In this document: positions 38,378-49,300 of the stretch, piece after piece
Numbering within the stretch: the first letter of the stretch is position 1
How the letters are laid out: each line of letters starts with the position of its first letter
DNA from: Patescibacteria group bacterium
Lineage (GTDB): Bacteria; Patescibacteriota; Microgenomatia; 2-02-FULL-39-11
Direction of reading: 5' to 3'
NCBI GenBank assembly: GCA_023379265.1
Contig: JAMCUI010000007.1
Coordinates: forward strand, 14,780 to 78,779
DNA length: 64,000 nt
The notes under the pieces: model-generated
Databases searched by the model: none
What the model saw: the letters and a program-made list of their open reading frames with translations, nothing else
Told to the model about the DNA's origin: nothing
Made by a program: the position numbers and the translations under genes

Positions 38378-39052
38378 ATGCTAAAAATGACTACACCCCT
38401 TTCACTTACGTCACTTAAGAAACAATTCCCGCATATTACCCGCATAATTGCCGCACCGCTTCAAATATTCAGTTTTAGAAATATATTCCTATCCGTAGTT
38501 CTATTATTTTTATCTATCAATACTATCCTTCCCATAACTAACCCAAAAAATCACATCAAGAAAATAAAACAAGAGATTTTAGCCACTCCCTTTACATCAG
38601 CACTTCATGAAGAACTCGGCCAGTCTTATCTGAATATAAACAAAGACGCTTCATATCATGAATATATATTGGCCCAGGAATATTTCAATAACTTAGAGGA
38701 AGCAAATATTCCTGCAAGTAGTGAAAAAGGGAGTAAAGTTTTAGGAAGCCAATCGCAAAACTCAAATATTTTATCAGTATGGGATAAAAATAAAACTTAC
38801 AATACTACATCACCTATGGATAAATTGGGTAACATATTGACGGCTAAAGAAAGGCTTGATCAGGAAAAAGCATACTGGCAATCAGTAAACCTCACACATC
38901 CAAATTATCTGTATGCCTATATGAGATTAGCCGTAATTAGCCTCGAAGAAGAAGATAAAAACAGTGCCTCCAATTATATCAAAATACTCAATCAAAACGC
39001 CCCGTTTGACCCAACAGTTATTGAACTTACCAGGAAATTAAAAGAGGAATAA
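38378..39052 (+). CDS. Membrane-anchored TPR-like protein
   Basis: TM, then 'YWQSV...HPNYLYAYMRLA' TPR-like segment. Confidence 0.6.
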   Translation: MLKMTTPLSLTSLKKQFPHITRIIAAPLQIFSFRNIFLSVVLLFLSINTILPITNPKNHIKKIKQEILATPFTSALHEELGQSYLNINKDASYHEYILAQEYFNNLEEANIPASSEKGSKVLGSQSQNSNILSVWDKNKTYNTTSPMDKLGNILTAKERLDQEKAYWQSVNLTHPNYLYAYMRLAVISLEEEDKNSASNYIKILNQNAPFDPTVIELTRKLKEE

Positions 39053-39073
39053 ATTATACTGTACCAGAAATTA

Positions 39074-39832
39074 TTACTTACCAGCTTCTTTTGCAGATCC
39101 ACTTGTAGCCGCAGCTCCAACAGAAGCTCCTTGTTGTGCAGCTTTTGTTTCATTTCCGCTCGTTGATGCAGTTCCTCCAGCTTCTTGCACTGCGCCTTCA
39201 CCGCTAGCTGCGGGTGCAGCTGTTGCTGCAGCGGCTGCAGCTGCAGCTTCTTCTGCGGCCATCTTCTCTGCTTCTTTTGAAACCAATGGAGCTACTTTAA
39301 CCATTTCAAGCGCTTGGTCGGTTAGTATTTTTACTTTATCAGAAATCTTCAGATCAGCCACTTTTATGGCTTGGTCAATCGAGGCAAGACCTGACACATC
39401 AACCTTTATCTTCTCAGGCAAATCAGCAGGAAGCGCTTCAACTTCTACCTCCGACATGATGTTTAGAAGCACACCTACTTTATCCTTTACCGCAGGAGAC
39501 TCTCCAACCATCTCCAAAGGCACTTTCGTAGTCACTTTCTCTTTAAGATCAACCTGATGGAAATCAACGTGAAGAGGTCGGCTGCTGACTGGATCCATCT
39601 GAATATTATGTATTAAAACCGGCCTAACTTCTCCGTCAACAATTAACTCTACAAGCCCTGTCTCCCCTACTTTGGCATATACTGAAAGCAGTTCTTTTTC
39701 CGAAAGTTGCACTGCATGAGATTTTATTTTCTTACCATATATATTACCAGGGATATTGCCTTCCTGCCTCAGTTTTTTGACTTTGCGGCCGGATATGGTT
39801 CTTTTAGTTGCTTTTAAGGTATGTTTTTCCAT
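39074..39832 (-). CDS. rplY: 50S ribosomal protein bL25 (Ctc type)
   Basis: R...GRKVKKLRQEG.IPGNIYG, LHVDF, VPLEMVGE, EVEALPADLP. Confidence 0.95.
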   Translation of the reverse strand: MEKHTLKATKRTISGRKVKKLRQEGNIPGNIYGKKIKSHAVQLSEKELLSVYAKVGETGLVELIVDGEVRPVLIHNIQMDPVSSRPLHVDFHQVDLKEKVTTKVPLEMVGESPAVKDKVGVLLNIMSEVEVEALPADLPEKIKVDVSGLASIDQAIKVADLKISDKVKILTDQALEMVKVAPLVSKEAEKMAAEEAAAAAAAATAAPAASGEGAVQEAGGTASTSGNETKAAQQGASVGAAATSGSAKEAGK

Positions 39833-39937
39833 AATGACAGGACATTATTTTATCTATTAGAAAGGCGAAAGTCAACGGTTATTATAAAATTATGACGCTT
39901 CTTTCTATTCCGTCATTTGTGTTTATAATAAACTAAG

Positions 39938-41104
39938 ATGAAGAAACTGCCCAAAATTTCCCTTTTCCTAACAACTCTTTTTTTTGCTGTCATTTTCTCT
40001 CTTACTTATTCTTATGCTTCCCACCCCAAAGAAACAGTGTTTCTTAGTCCTCTACCGACGGAAAACAAAAGTAAAAGTAATATGATACTAATAAAATCAA
40101 TTAATACCAATAACTTCCAAACATTGCCGGAAAAGACTAATATACTTCTCCTTGGACTAGACGCACGAAAAGGAGATGCAAGTCCTAGATGTGACGCAAT
40201 CCATATGATAACGATTGATAATACTCAAGGAATAATCACAATTACTTCAGTTCCGAGAGGCACAATTGTCAACACGCCTGGAGTAGACAAAGAAAGTGAC
40301 TACATCTCAAATGCATGCCACTATATGGGGATAAAATATGCAGTAGATCTCATCAGTAAAATCACAGGAATAACTCCTGACTATACCGTCAAAGTAGGTT
40401 TTTCTCAAACTCTGGGAATTCTGCGAATGTTGGAATTACCCACTACGCCCGCATTGGAATTTTTGAGAAACCGAAGCCTGCCGTATGGAGACAACCAAAG
40501 AAGTCATGACCAAGCACTTTTTATAAAAGACATTATAGCCAAACATGCGTCCGACATATCATCTTTACCCCAACCGCTTCGCTATATATTGTACCAAATG
40601 GTGGATACTGATATGCCATACAATACCGCCGAGACTATTTTTGATAATTTGGCAAAAGAGGGAACTTTTAAAAATCCAGGTTTAATCACTTTAGTGACTA
40701 AACCGGACAATTCCTATAATCTGCAAAACCTGCATTTTGACCCTGACATTTATGCAAGCGGAGACTGGATGAAAAATACAGATTATGAAAATTACCAGAA
40801 AGATCTGGAAACTTATTTGGATAATTTACTTCTAAAATCCGAAGATTATATCGCAAGTGGAAATGTTCAAGATTCATTTAAGTTATTAAATGTACCGTTT
40901 TCCCAACAATTGTGGCTGCAAATAGATGCGACCGGTAAAAGAAATGATTATCACTATCGTCTTCTCACCGATTATGTTTTGAGTAATCCTGATAAAACTC
41001 AAAATTCTTTCTTAGTAGAGGATTTTGTAAAAGAAATGAAAACAGAAAAACAATTCGATTTTGAAACAAAAGGAGAGAATCTTCTAAAAACGTTACATGT
41101 TTAA
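39938..41104 (+). CDS. LCP (LytR-CpsA-Psr) family protein
   Basis: NILLLGLDAR, RCDAI, SVPRG, ALEFLRNR...GDNQR...Q. Confidence 0.75.
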   Translation: MKKLPKISLFLTTLFFAVIFSLTYSYASHPKETVFLSPLPTENKSKSNMILIKSINTNNFQTLPEKTNILLLGLDARKGDASPRCDAIHMITIDNTQGIITITSVPRGTIVNTPGVDKESDYISNACHYMGIKYAVDLISKITGITPDYTVKVGFSQTLGILRMLELPTTPALEFLRNRSLPYGDNQRSHDQALFIKDIIAKHASDISSLPQPLRYILYQMVDTDMPYNTAETIFDNLAKEGTFKNPGLITLVTKPDNSYNLQNLHFDPDIYASGDWMKNTDYENYQKDLETYLDNLLLKSEDYIASGNVQDSFKLLNVPFSQQLWLQIDATGKRNDYHYRLLTDYVLSNPDKTQNSFLVEDFVKEMKTEKQFDFETKGENLLKTLHV

Positions 41105-41116
41105 GTAAAAACTTCC

Positions 41117-42016
41117 ATGCTGACACTAAAACCAATTCCAGAAGACAAAGCTGATGCCCAAACACAAAAAATCTACCACTCTATAAAAAATGCTTTATCT
41201 ACTGATTCTGTACCCTTGATATTCCAGTATTTGGCCAACTTTCATTCATATTTTTTTTATCTTTGGGAACAGGCAAGAAAAAATCTGGCTGATAATAACT
41301 TCCGAAGACAGTCTGACGAGATTAAAAACTTCAGCCAAACTGCCATGGATCAGATATATAAACCGTCGGAATCGACCAAAATCTTTTTAGAAGGTATTGA
41401 GGGGACGGGGGAGAATCATGAACTGTCAAAATTTACAAATTCTGCTCTTCATCTTTACTCTTCGCTTTATCTACTCAGCCTTGCCATAAGAGAAAGCATA
41501 AAGGGTATCTATCTTGGCATAAAACAGATAGGGGAGAGAATGAATGAAAGTGACAAATCTGTATTTGACGATCTATCTGAAGGATTTACCTCTGAAATAA
41601 ATTCAAAATATGATTATCCTGAAAAAACCGTAGGTAATGAATTACTAAAACATGAAACTTCAATAACTAAAATGCCGGGCGGGGGACTGACCAAAAATGT
41701 TTACAGTGAGTTTTTCCGCCTTATGGACATGGAGATGAAAAATCTTATAAAAGAGGAGGCTTATCTGGTACGGCGGGTGGAACTGGAACGCTTTACATTG
41801 TCTCAGCTTCATTTCCTGCCTCATCCTTTAGAATCATCATTCCCCACGGTTATCAGACAAACTTCACATCTACCCGGATTCCCTGAACTAGTTTATCTTG
41901 TCGCCGACCTTTTCCCCACCCAGGCTCCCTACAAACTTCTGGCAACATCAGTGATGCAAAAAGCCCTAAACAGGAGTGTCGGAAATTATTCCCAGACTCT
42001 ATTAAATAAGACTTAA
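41117..42016 (+). CDS. DehI/AhpD-like helical protein
   Basis: N-terminus 'IPEDKAD...QKIY.SIKNAL....VPLIFQYLANF..YF..LW' resembles DehI/carboxymuconolactone decarboxylase-like proteins. Confidence 0.5.
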   Translation: MLTLKPIPEDKADAQTQKIYHSIKNALSTDSVPLIFQYLANFHSYFFYLWEQARKNLADNNFRRQSDEIKNFSQTAMDQIYKPSESTKIFLEGIEGTGENHELSKFTNSALHLYSSLYLLSLAIRESIKGIYLGIKQIGERMNESDKSVFDDLSEGFTSEINSKYDYPEKTVGNELLKHETSITKMPGGGLTKNVYSEFFRLMDMEMKNLIKEEAYLVRRVELERFTLSQLHFLPHPLESSFPTVIRQTSHLPGFPELVYLVADLFPTQAPYKLLATSVMQKALNRSVGNYSQTLLNKT

Positions 42017-43099
42017 ATCCAGCTTCGGAAAGCCTAACCTAACTAACGAATTGGTGAATTCTTCTATATTATTTTCTTGCACTTCACCTCTAACCAACCG
42101 CATGAGTAATTTTATCCTATCCCAAAATTCATTCGCTGCACCTTCTCCTTCATTACTACGCAATTCTTCCCTATAATCTACTAGTGCTTTCATATAAGTA
42201 CGTTCATTACCATGCAATACATCCAATGCCATTTCGCTGATTGGAAAGTTAACTAAATTCTTGGCTAACTTTTTCCCTATTGAGCCTCTTTTATTTAAGA
42301 CATCAATTATTCTTCTTTTCATACGAGCTACATTCTCAGCCGCTTTTGCCTTAGGCAATTCATATAAAGCTGCGGCTACCCAACCATTTAACGCCTCCGG
42401 CAATTCATCACTTTTAGGAAATTGAGTCAATTGTTCTTTTGCATCTGGAACATCAACGACCAAGGCAAAGTCTTTCCATAATATAGAAGCACCATATCTT
42501 CCTACCCAATTCTTCTTTTCTTCCAATTTTTTTCTATCAATCAGACCTGCATCTAACAAATATCCTGCCCCTTCACTTGGCTTAAATAAGACGGCGGCAA
42601 TATCGCTTTCTTTATCCACTACCATAACCTCTCGCAAGCGTAAATATGGAATATTTTCTTTCCCATCCATAAATTTACCATCTCTTACTGCTTCGTAATA
42701 AATCTCCCGATTCCATGGTGGCGATGAGTAATCAAAAATAGACAATAAAGTTAACCCGCCTTCCATTTCTTCCTCAACCAGAATGGTGTCTGCAACGTCT
42801 TTATAATTTGGCGTTTCCTTAGGAAGATCACGCCTCAAAAGTACGCAATATTTTCTCTTTTTCTGTGCATCAAAATAAGGCTTAATATCATCTGCATCTG
42901 GAACACTTTCTTGCGCTTTACCCTCATAATTATCTTTAACAGTTGCATGGAGATCTCTTCCAGAAATTCTGCTAAAAGGTTCTAAAGCTTGGCCTAGAGG
43001 AATAAATCCGAATCTTTCAAAATCTTTTCTCACCTCAGTTTTATTTCTTGGTGTAGGTTGCACTACTCTTCCAACATCACTATTACCCTCAATTACCAT
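42002..43099 (-). CDS. Hypothetical protein
   Basis: 365-aa ORF, no recognised motif. Confidence 0.7.
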   Translation of the reverse strand: MVIEGNSDVGRVVQPTPRNKTEVRKDFERFGFIPLGQALEPFSRISGRDLHATVKDNYEGKAQESVPDADDIKPYFDAQKKRKYCVLLRRDLPKETPNYKDVADTILVEEEMEGGLTLLSIFDYSSPPWNREIYYEAVRDGKFMDGKENIPYLRLREVMVVDKESDIAAVLFKPSEGAGYLLDAGLIDRKKLEEKKNWVGRYGASILWKDFALVVDVPDAKEQLTQFPKSDELPEALNGWVAAALYELPKAKAAENVARMKRRIIDVLNKRGSIGKKLAKNLVNFPISEMALDVLHGNERTYMKALVDYREELRSNEGEGAANEFWDRIKLLMRLVRGEVQENNIEEFTNSLVRLGFPKLDLSLI

Positions 43100-43104
43100 A
43101 TCTT

Positions 43105-45573
43105 CTATTGTATTGAATTATTAAATGCAAAAATCCTGTCAACCGAAGTGTCTGTAGAATAATATACTTCGCCAGTATTCCCCCCAGAAGTAGATTTGAA
43201 ATTTGCAGGAGAAAAGGAAAACTGGGGGGGGTAGGTAAATGATAATACAAAAGGCGCCACCTTATCACCCCCCTGTTTCTGGAAAAAAAGCTGATATTCT
43301 GAAACAGCTGTTGTAACAGGTCTGGGTAATGTATAAGTAACCTTCACAATTCCTTTATTTTCCGGAGCTATTTTTATAAGGAAGCCAAACGACATTTTAT
43401 CCAACTCATAATTTTGCAGGTCAACGTCATTGGCTGACATTGGAACGTCATTTAGCGTTACGCTATCCAGATGACTTCCCACCGGCACAAAGACACGGAT
43501 ATAATTAGTATATGTATCATTGCTGTAAATCTCTGGCGTGCTGGAGTTTTGATATGAAAGAGTTAAAACAGTAACAATCCTGCCATCTGCCCCTATCTTT
43601 TTTTCAACAGCCTCGGACTTGCTGACAAAATAGTTTGCTTTGTTCACGCCAAGATTTGCTTCGATGATTGAAAGATAATCGGGGTAACACTTATCGGGAT
43701 TTGACAAGTCATTAACCTCTCTGGTTGTAGAGTTAGACAGACATTTTACCTCCACTGTCCTTCCACCCCAACCCTGTTTCTCTATCAAATCCTGTGTTTG
43801 ACCGTCGTTGGAATACAAAAGTAGATTTTTTTCATCAAGCGACTGCTTAATAACGGGCAATAGATCCACCATGGTAAAACCTTTGTTAGAACTCAATCTA
43901 TCTATAAGGACATTTGTCATCGCCGTAAGAAAATCCCTCTTTTGTGTTGAACCCGGAAAAAACTTATTTTGTGAATAGTACTGGGCTTTGAAGAAAAAAT
44001 TCTCTGCGTTTATCTCGTCATTGTTAAAATCAGGCAACTTAACAGGACCAACTGTCTGCAGAATTTTTTGCACGACAAAGAGATTGAAACCAATCACGCC
44101 ATCAGCGCTTTTACCCAATTCTTTATTTAGAAAAAACTCTGCTTGAATACTTGATGCGGCAAAATCTGGATCAAAATTGCTGTCCCTCAGGAAAAAATTT
44201 GGCTGAGACATATATTTCCTAATAGGCAGGGGAGGATCAACGTGCCCTTTAAGCTGACCGTCAGCAGTGTAAACATCTTCTATCTTGAAATCCAAAATTT
44301 TACCATGATCAACTGCCAATAGGCCAAAAGACCCGATGAACCCTCCCGTTGGCCTAAGTTCCATACTATTTTGGAATAGAACCAAGTAAAGCTTGGGTTT
44401 GTCAGAAAGAAACAATTTTTCCATTACCGGCAACATATCCGACACTGATGATAAACGTTGGGAAATAGAGGTAAGAAATGAGAGGTAATCATCCTTGGGA
44501 AAGTATGGCAAATCCACTTCGTCCATCTGTTGTTTTGCTAGAACCATAGATTTTTGCAAAGATATAATTTTCTGATTGAGAGTGTCAAGATCACTTTGAG
44601 TTAAGCTTGAACTCTGGTTAATGAATCCTGAATTTTTTTTCTGAAACTCTATAGTAAATGCAAAAGCATCTTGTCCTGCTGTAAGTAAATCATCAGTTGC
44701 CGAAAGAACATCCCCAATACTTCTCATAAAAGTTGTTGAGCGCAAAGGAAAAAGTAGAGTATCCGAAACCCCGTAGATCTTCTTGGCTAGAAACAATTTA
44801 TTTTTTGCCTCATTCAAATCGATTAAAAGCGCCGTAGGATTGGAGGCTGCCATATCTTTTTGGAAACGGCCGGTAAGATCTTTTACTGAGGAGACATAAA
44901 ATAACATCGCTGAAAAACCAACAATAATTATCAATAAAATAAATAATCCGAAAACAGCAAAACTTTTTTTGGATACTAAGTGTCTTTTTTTTACAAGCAA
45001 AACTTTTTGTTTTTCTTTTGGAAAAACCTCATTGGTAGAAGTCAAAAAATTCTTTTTAACTTCAGGAACAAAATTGTGATTTTCAACAATTGGTTTTTTT
45101 TCTTCAAATGATCGGCTAAATGGTACAGTCTCTTTGGTAAATTTTCGGTAAATATCTTTTTTTAGTGACGATATTTTCCTGACATTTACTATTTCATAAT
45201 TGCTAGAAAATATAGTTTTCAGGAGTATATTAACCAACCTATCTGGATTCCAAAGGCTGATGTCGCCGATACGGACGATTTTTATGCCCCCGGGTTTTTC
45301 CGGTAGTACTTCTTTTTCCGTTTCTATAAAGAGGATTTTCCCGGTTGTCTTGAGATAATTTTTTTGGGCTATCTCAACTGCAGAAAAATTACCGAATTGG
45401 AAGATATAATCGAACTTTCCTAAAGCCGGATAGTATGAATCAGTTTTTGTCACATGGCAACTTAACTCTTCCAATTTTTGCGTAAGAAGATCTGCAATAA
45501 TTGCACCACCAATGATAAGCGTCTGAGGTAATTCTTTTTCCTCAACCAACTCCACAACTTTCCGTCTTTGCAT
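43105..45573 (-). CDS. DUF4012 domain-containing membrane protein
   Basis: YLVLFQNSMELRPTGGFIGS, RDSNFDPDF, EANLGVNKAN. Confidence 0.85.
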   Translation of the reverse strand: MQRRKVVELVEEKELPQTLIIGGAIIADLLTQKLEELSCHVTKTDSYYPALGKFDYIFQFGNFSAVEIAQKNYLKTTGKILFIETEKEVLPEKPGGIKIVRIGDISLWNPDRLVNILLKTIFSSNYEIVNVRKISSLKKDIYRKFTKETVPFSRSFEEKKPIVENHNFVPEVKKNFLTSTNEVFPKEKQKVLLVKKRHLVSKKSFAVFGLFILLIIIVGFSAMLFYVSSVKDLTGRFQKDMAASNPTALLIDLNEAKNKLFLAKKIYGVSDTLLFPLRSTTFMRSIGDVLSATDDLLTAGQDAFAFTIEFQKKNSGFINQSSSLTQSDLDTLNQKIISLQKSMVLAKQQMDEVDLPYFPKDDYLSFLTSISQRLSSVSDMLPVMEKLFLSDKPKLYLVLFQNSMELRPTGGFIGSFGLLAVDHGKILDFKIEDVYTADGQLKGHVDPPLPIRKYMSQPNFFLRDSNFDPDFAASSIQAEFFLNKELGKSADGVIGFNLFVVQKILQTVGPVKLPDFNNDEINAENFFFKAQYYSQNKFFPGSTQKRDFLTAMTNVLIDRLSSNKGFTMVDLLPVIKQSLDEKNLLLYSNDGQTQDLIEKQGWGGRTVEVKCLSNSTTREVNDLSNPDKCYPDYLSIIEANLGVNKANYFVSKSEAVEKKIGADGRIVTVLTLSYQNSSTPEIYSNDTYTNYIRVFVPVGSHLDSVTLNDVPMSANDVDLQNYELDKMSFGFLIKIAPENKGIVKVTYTLPRPVTTAVSEYQLFFQKQGGDKVAPFVLSFTYPPQFSFSPANFKSTSGGNTGEVYYSTDTSVDRIFAFNNSIQ

Positions 45574-45667
45574 ATTGAATTTATTTTACTATACTTCTTG
45601 TTTATGGAAATACAACTTAAATAAGAATATGACCTAAGGGAATAAATATTTGGATAAGGGGAACGGA

Positions 45668-46096
45668 CTAATCCCGACTGTCCAATGCTTTATTTACCAG
45701 ATAATCTGCTCTTTGGTTTTTTTCCCTGGGGATATATGCGTATGAAATATTCCCTTTAACTTCTTGCTCTAACCGTCTTACCTGAAACATCAATTCCCTA
45801 AGATGTGCTTCCTTTACCTTAAAAAGCCCGTTTAATTGGTTTACTACTAATGTCGAATCGAGGAAAAAATGGATCTCTATTTGGTCACTTTGACCCTTTG
45901 TCGCCTTATCACTTTTTAACCATTTCAGTGCCTCAATTACTGCTGCATACTCAGCAACATTATTGGTCGTTTGCCCGATGTTTCGGGACAACTCCGCAAG
46001 AACTTGCCCGTTTTCGGTTTTTATGACTACACCAATGGCTGAAGGTCCCGGATTTCCCCTTGCACCCCCATCAGTATTGATCAATATAGAATCCAT
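45668..46096 (-). CDS. rnhA: Ribonuclease HI
   Basis: TDGGARGNPGP, TNNVAEY, DSTLVVNQ, PREKNQRAD. Confidence 0.92.
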   Translation of the reverse strand: MDSILINTDGGARGNPGPSAIGVVIKTENGQVLAELSRNIGQTTNNVAEYAAVIEALKWLKSDKATKGQSDQIEIHFFLDSTLVVNQLNGLFKVKEAHLRELMFQVRRLEQEVKGNISYAYIPREKNQRADYLVNKALDSRD

Positions 46097-46374
46097 ATGA
46101 TTTTTTACAGAATCGAAACTTAGGGATAACTACTAATATTCCGTTCGTTCTTGATTATTAATAATTTATATTATTTTCCCAAAAACAACAACAGGTCCGT
46201 GCAATGAAAAATTCAGATGAGGATCAGAAAATCCCAAACTTTCTATGTTTTCGTATTTTATATTACTAACAACTCTAACATTTACCGAAAGCAATAAAGT
46301 TATCCTGACTAAAATGATGAAATTTGTAGATAATATTGCTTGACTTTCATCTGAAGCTGCTTTACGCTGAAATT

Positions 46375-49300
46375 ATGGTTCATCTAGGCGAAAATCTACC
46401 AACACCGGCCGACGCAATTATCCGAGCAAAAACGACTTACGATATGGTAAGAAAACGTCTTGGTGGAACTGTTAATACAACATTAACGCCAATTGAAATA
46501 ATCCGGAATTATAACGCAAATATTACACAAGGCCAACCAACATTTAATGAAAATCATCCTGAAAATATAGAAGCTGTCCGAAATGCACAACGGTATCAGC
46601 GTGATATAAACATGATGGGTTTACAGCCCGATGATGAATCCAGCGTAGTACAGCAAAAAATTAGAGATTTGGGAACGCTGGTAGGAAGCCTGGCGACAGA
46701 ACCTGAAAACATACTTTCGCACCTCAGACAATTTCAAGAACATGGAGCAAGACTTGGGCTGACCGGATCAACAATTGAGGAAATGGCTGCAAGTGTAGAT
46801 ACGATCTTGGCATCTGATGCTCCACTTGTCGGACTAGATTTAAATCATGATTCTCTTTTGGATATTGCTACATCTGTTTATGACACCCGCCATGATGCTG
46901 AACTTTCGGGTATGGGGAATGCCTTTACCGCACCAATGGATGAAGCGCTTCATGCTGTGGACGATTTCCGGCAACATGCTGATCGGTTGGGCATTGTAAA
47001 TGCAATAGGAAGGAATCAGCGGCCTATGAATGAACTTTTGGGAGACTTGGCAGACAGGGCACAAAGAGCAGGAGCGGGGGGCGGTACAACAGTAGCTGAA
47101 CAATTTGCTGCCGTTGATAGATTTGGAACGTTTAGAACACAAGCCACAAGAAATATCCGCATGGGGAATATTGACGCTCTCACCCGACACCAGATAGAAA
47201 ACAGGTTGAGAGATTATGCAGAAAACCTGGAACTAAGTAGAGATGGCAATGTGGACGAGGTTATCGGAAGAATTGAGAATTTTCTTACTACACAGATACA
47301 AACAGCAGGGTACGACATCACACAAAACATACCAGATTTGGTACGAACCATAAGAGCAGACCAGGATATCCTTTTCCGAGACAATCAACAACAGGGGGCA
47401 AGACGTCAACAACAACAACATCGGATACAAGAAATCGTCAACCGCGCAATTGGACTACGTAATATGGTTGACGCCGCTCTAATCACTGATCGGACTAATA
47501 CTATGCCTCTTAGGGAATTGGGCAGCCATGTCATAAACGACGCACAAATTGCAGGTGGTATTAATATTCAACAAAACCAACGGCCGCGCCTGGCATATGA
47601 AATTGCCCAAGATATTAGAAACCTCAGAAATAGCGTAAGGGCTGCACATTTTGGAAACCTTGCCAATCGTAGGATGGAGGAAATGGCACGGCAACTACGA
47701 ATACAAGGTCCTGCGCTCAGAGTAAAAGACTCAGCCAACCAACCGTTAGCAGTTATCGTCAGTGCTGCTGATAAAGTAATCAAGGAGGAAATTGGGGCGG
47801 GTGTTGAAAACGCAGATGATCTTGCTAATTCATTGCGCACGATACAAACCGACGTACAAAAATTCAGAGTAGCTGCCAAAAATGCTGGAATCGATGATGC
47901 TGATAATGCCCAGACTCCTACTGAATCGATTACCATGGAATTGCAAGCACGCGCAGGAGTCGCTCAACTGGAAAATATTGACAATTTATCTCCAACTGAG
48001 ATCGCTCAAAAACTTGTCGAGTTCAATAAGAAAATAAAGACTGCAAAAGTAGAAGTTGTTGCGGGGGATTTTAGCACAACAGTTGATAACATCTATAATA
48101 CTGCGGGGTTACTCCAAATCCCGGATCATCTAGACCAAACTCCTGAGGAACTTCTCGGACAGATCACTACAATTCTTCAAAATACCAGAACAGCCGGGTT
48201 TGCCGAAGTTCAGGCCGGGCATGTTGGAGACCTTATTGATGAGATGAGACATACAACCGGAGCATTGAGACTGACACAGGATGCACCACTTACTGACATC
48301 ATCACTTCTGCCACACAATATCGCACTGATGCGCAAACAATGGGATATGACAGAAATGCAGATATTCAGACGGTTGCCGATAATGTCAGAGGATTCAGAA
48401 CTCTAATAACGAAAAATAATATTGCCGGAGCAAGTCTTACAGAACAGGTTGCTACACTTGAAACACATCGTGCCACACTTGGTCTACCAGACCATACTGC
48501 TGCCTACCAAATACTAAATACAGTGGAAACTACCAGACAGGATGCCATAAGGATTCAAACAGGTTTTGACGCATACAATCAAAACGTCGGCGAATCACTC
48601 CGAGTAGTCAATGAGTTTCGTGACCACGCGCAAGCCTCAGGAGTCGCAGACGCAAGGGGAGAACATCAGGTTGATATAACCCATCTCATGACAAATATCA
48701 ACACAGATGCCAGAGCTGCAGGAATTGACGCGACAGATACTTGGCAAAATAAATTCGACGCAATTACGGCTTTACGCCATGATGCAGAAACCATAGCCGG
48801 AATCCAAAACGTAAATAACACATCAATGGACAATATCAAAAGACAGCTTCGCGGCATTGCAGAAGCAATAGGTTTTACCTTCAACGACAGCACATCAATC
48901 AGAAATTTTCTCACAGGTATTGACCGGTTCAACAATCTGGCAGCTGGGGCAGGTTACCAAAGAGCTCCCGGCACATCTTATACAGATATCGCTTCCCAAA
49001 TAAGACAGGACGCCCAACAATATTTTAATATTAATCAAAACGACAATGGGGTTTCCCTGGAGACTAGATTGGCACGGGTGAAGACTTTGCGTGATCATGC
49101 AGAAAAAGCTAAATATACCGGGGATGTCAGGGCAGATCAATTGTCAAGCGTGGTTGCCTTTATAAACACCGAGGCACAGGCAGCTGGACTTGATAATGCG
49201 TTAACTTTGGAAGTCAAGGCGGATACTTTGGTTAAATTAAGACAAAGAGCGATAGCAAGAGGGATAACCGATGCAAATACTGCACTTATGTCCACTTTAG

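Noticed and set aside
39160-39260. GCA/GCT-rich repeat-like tract
   Set aside because: Encodes the Ala-rich low-complexity tail typical of long bL25 proteins.
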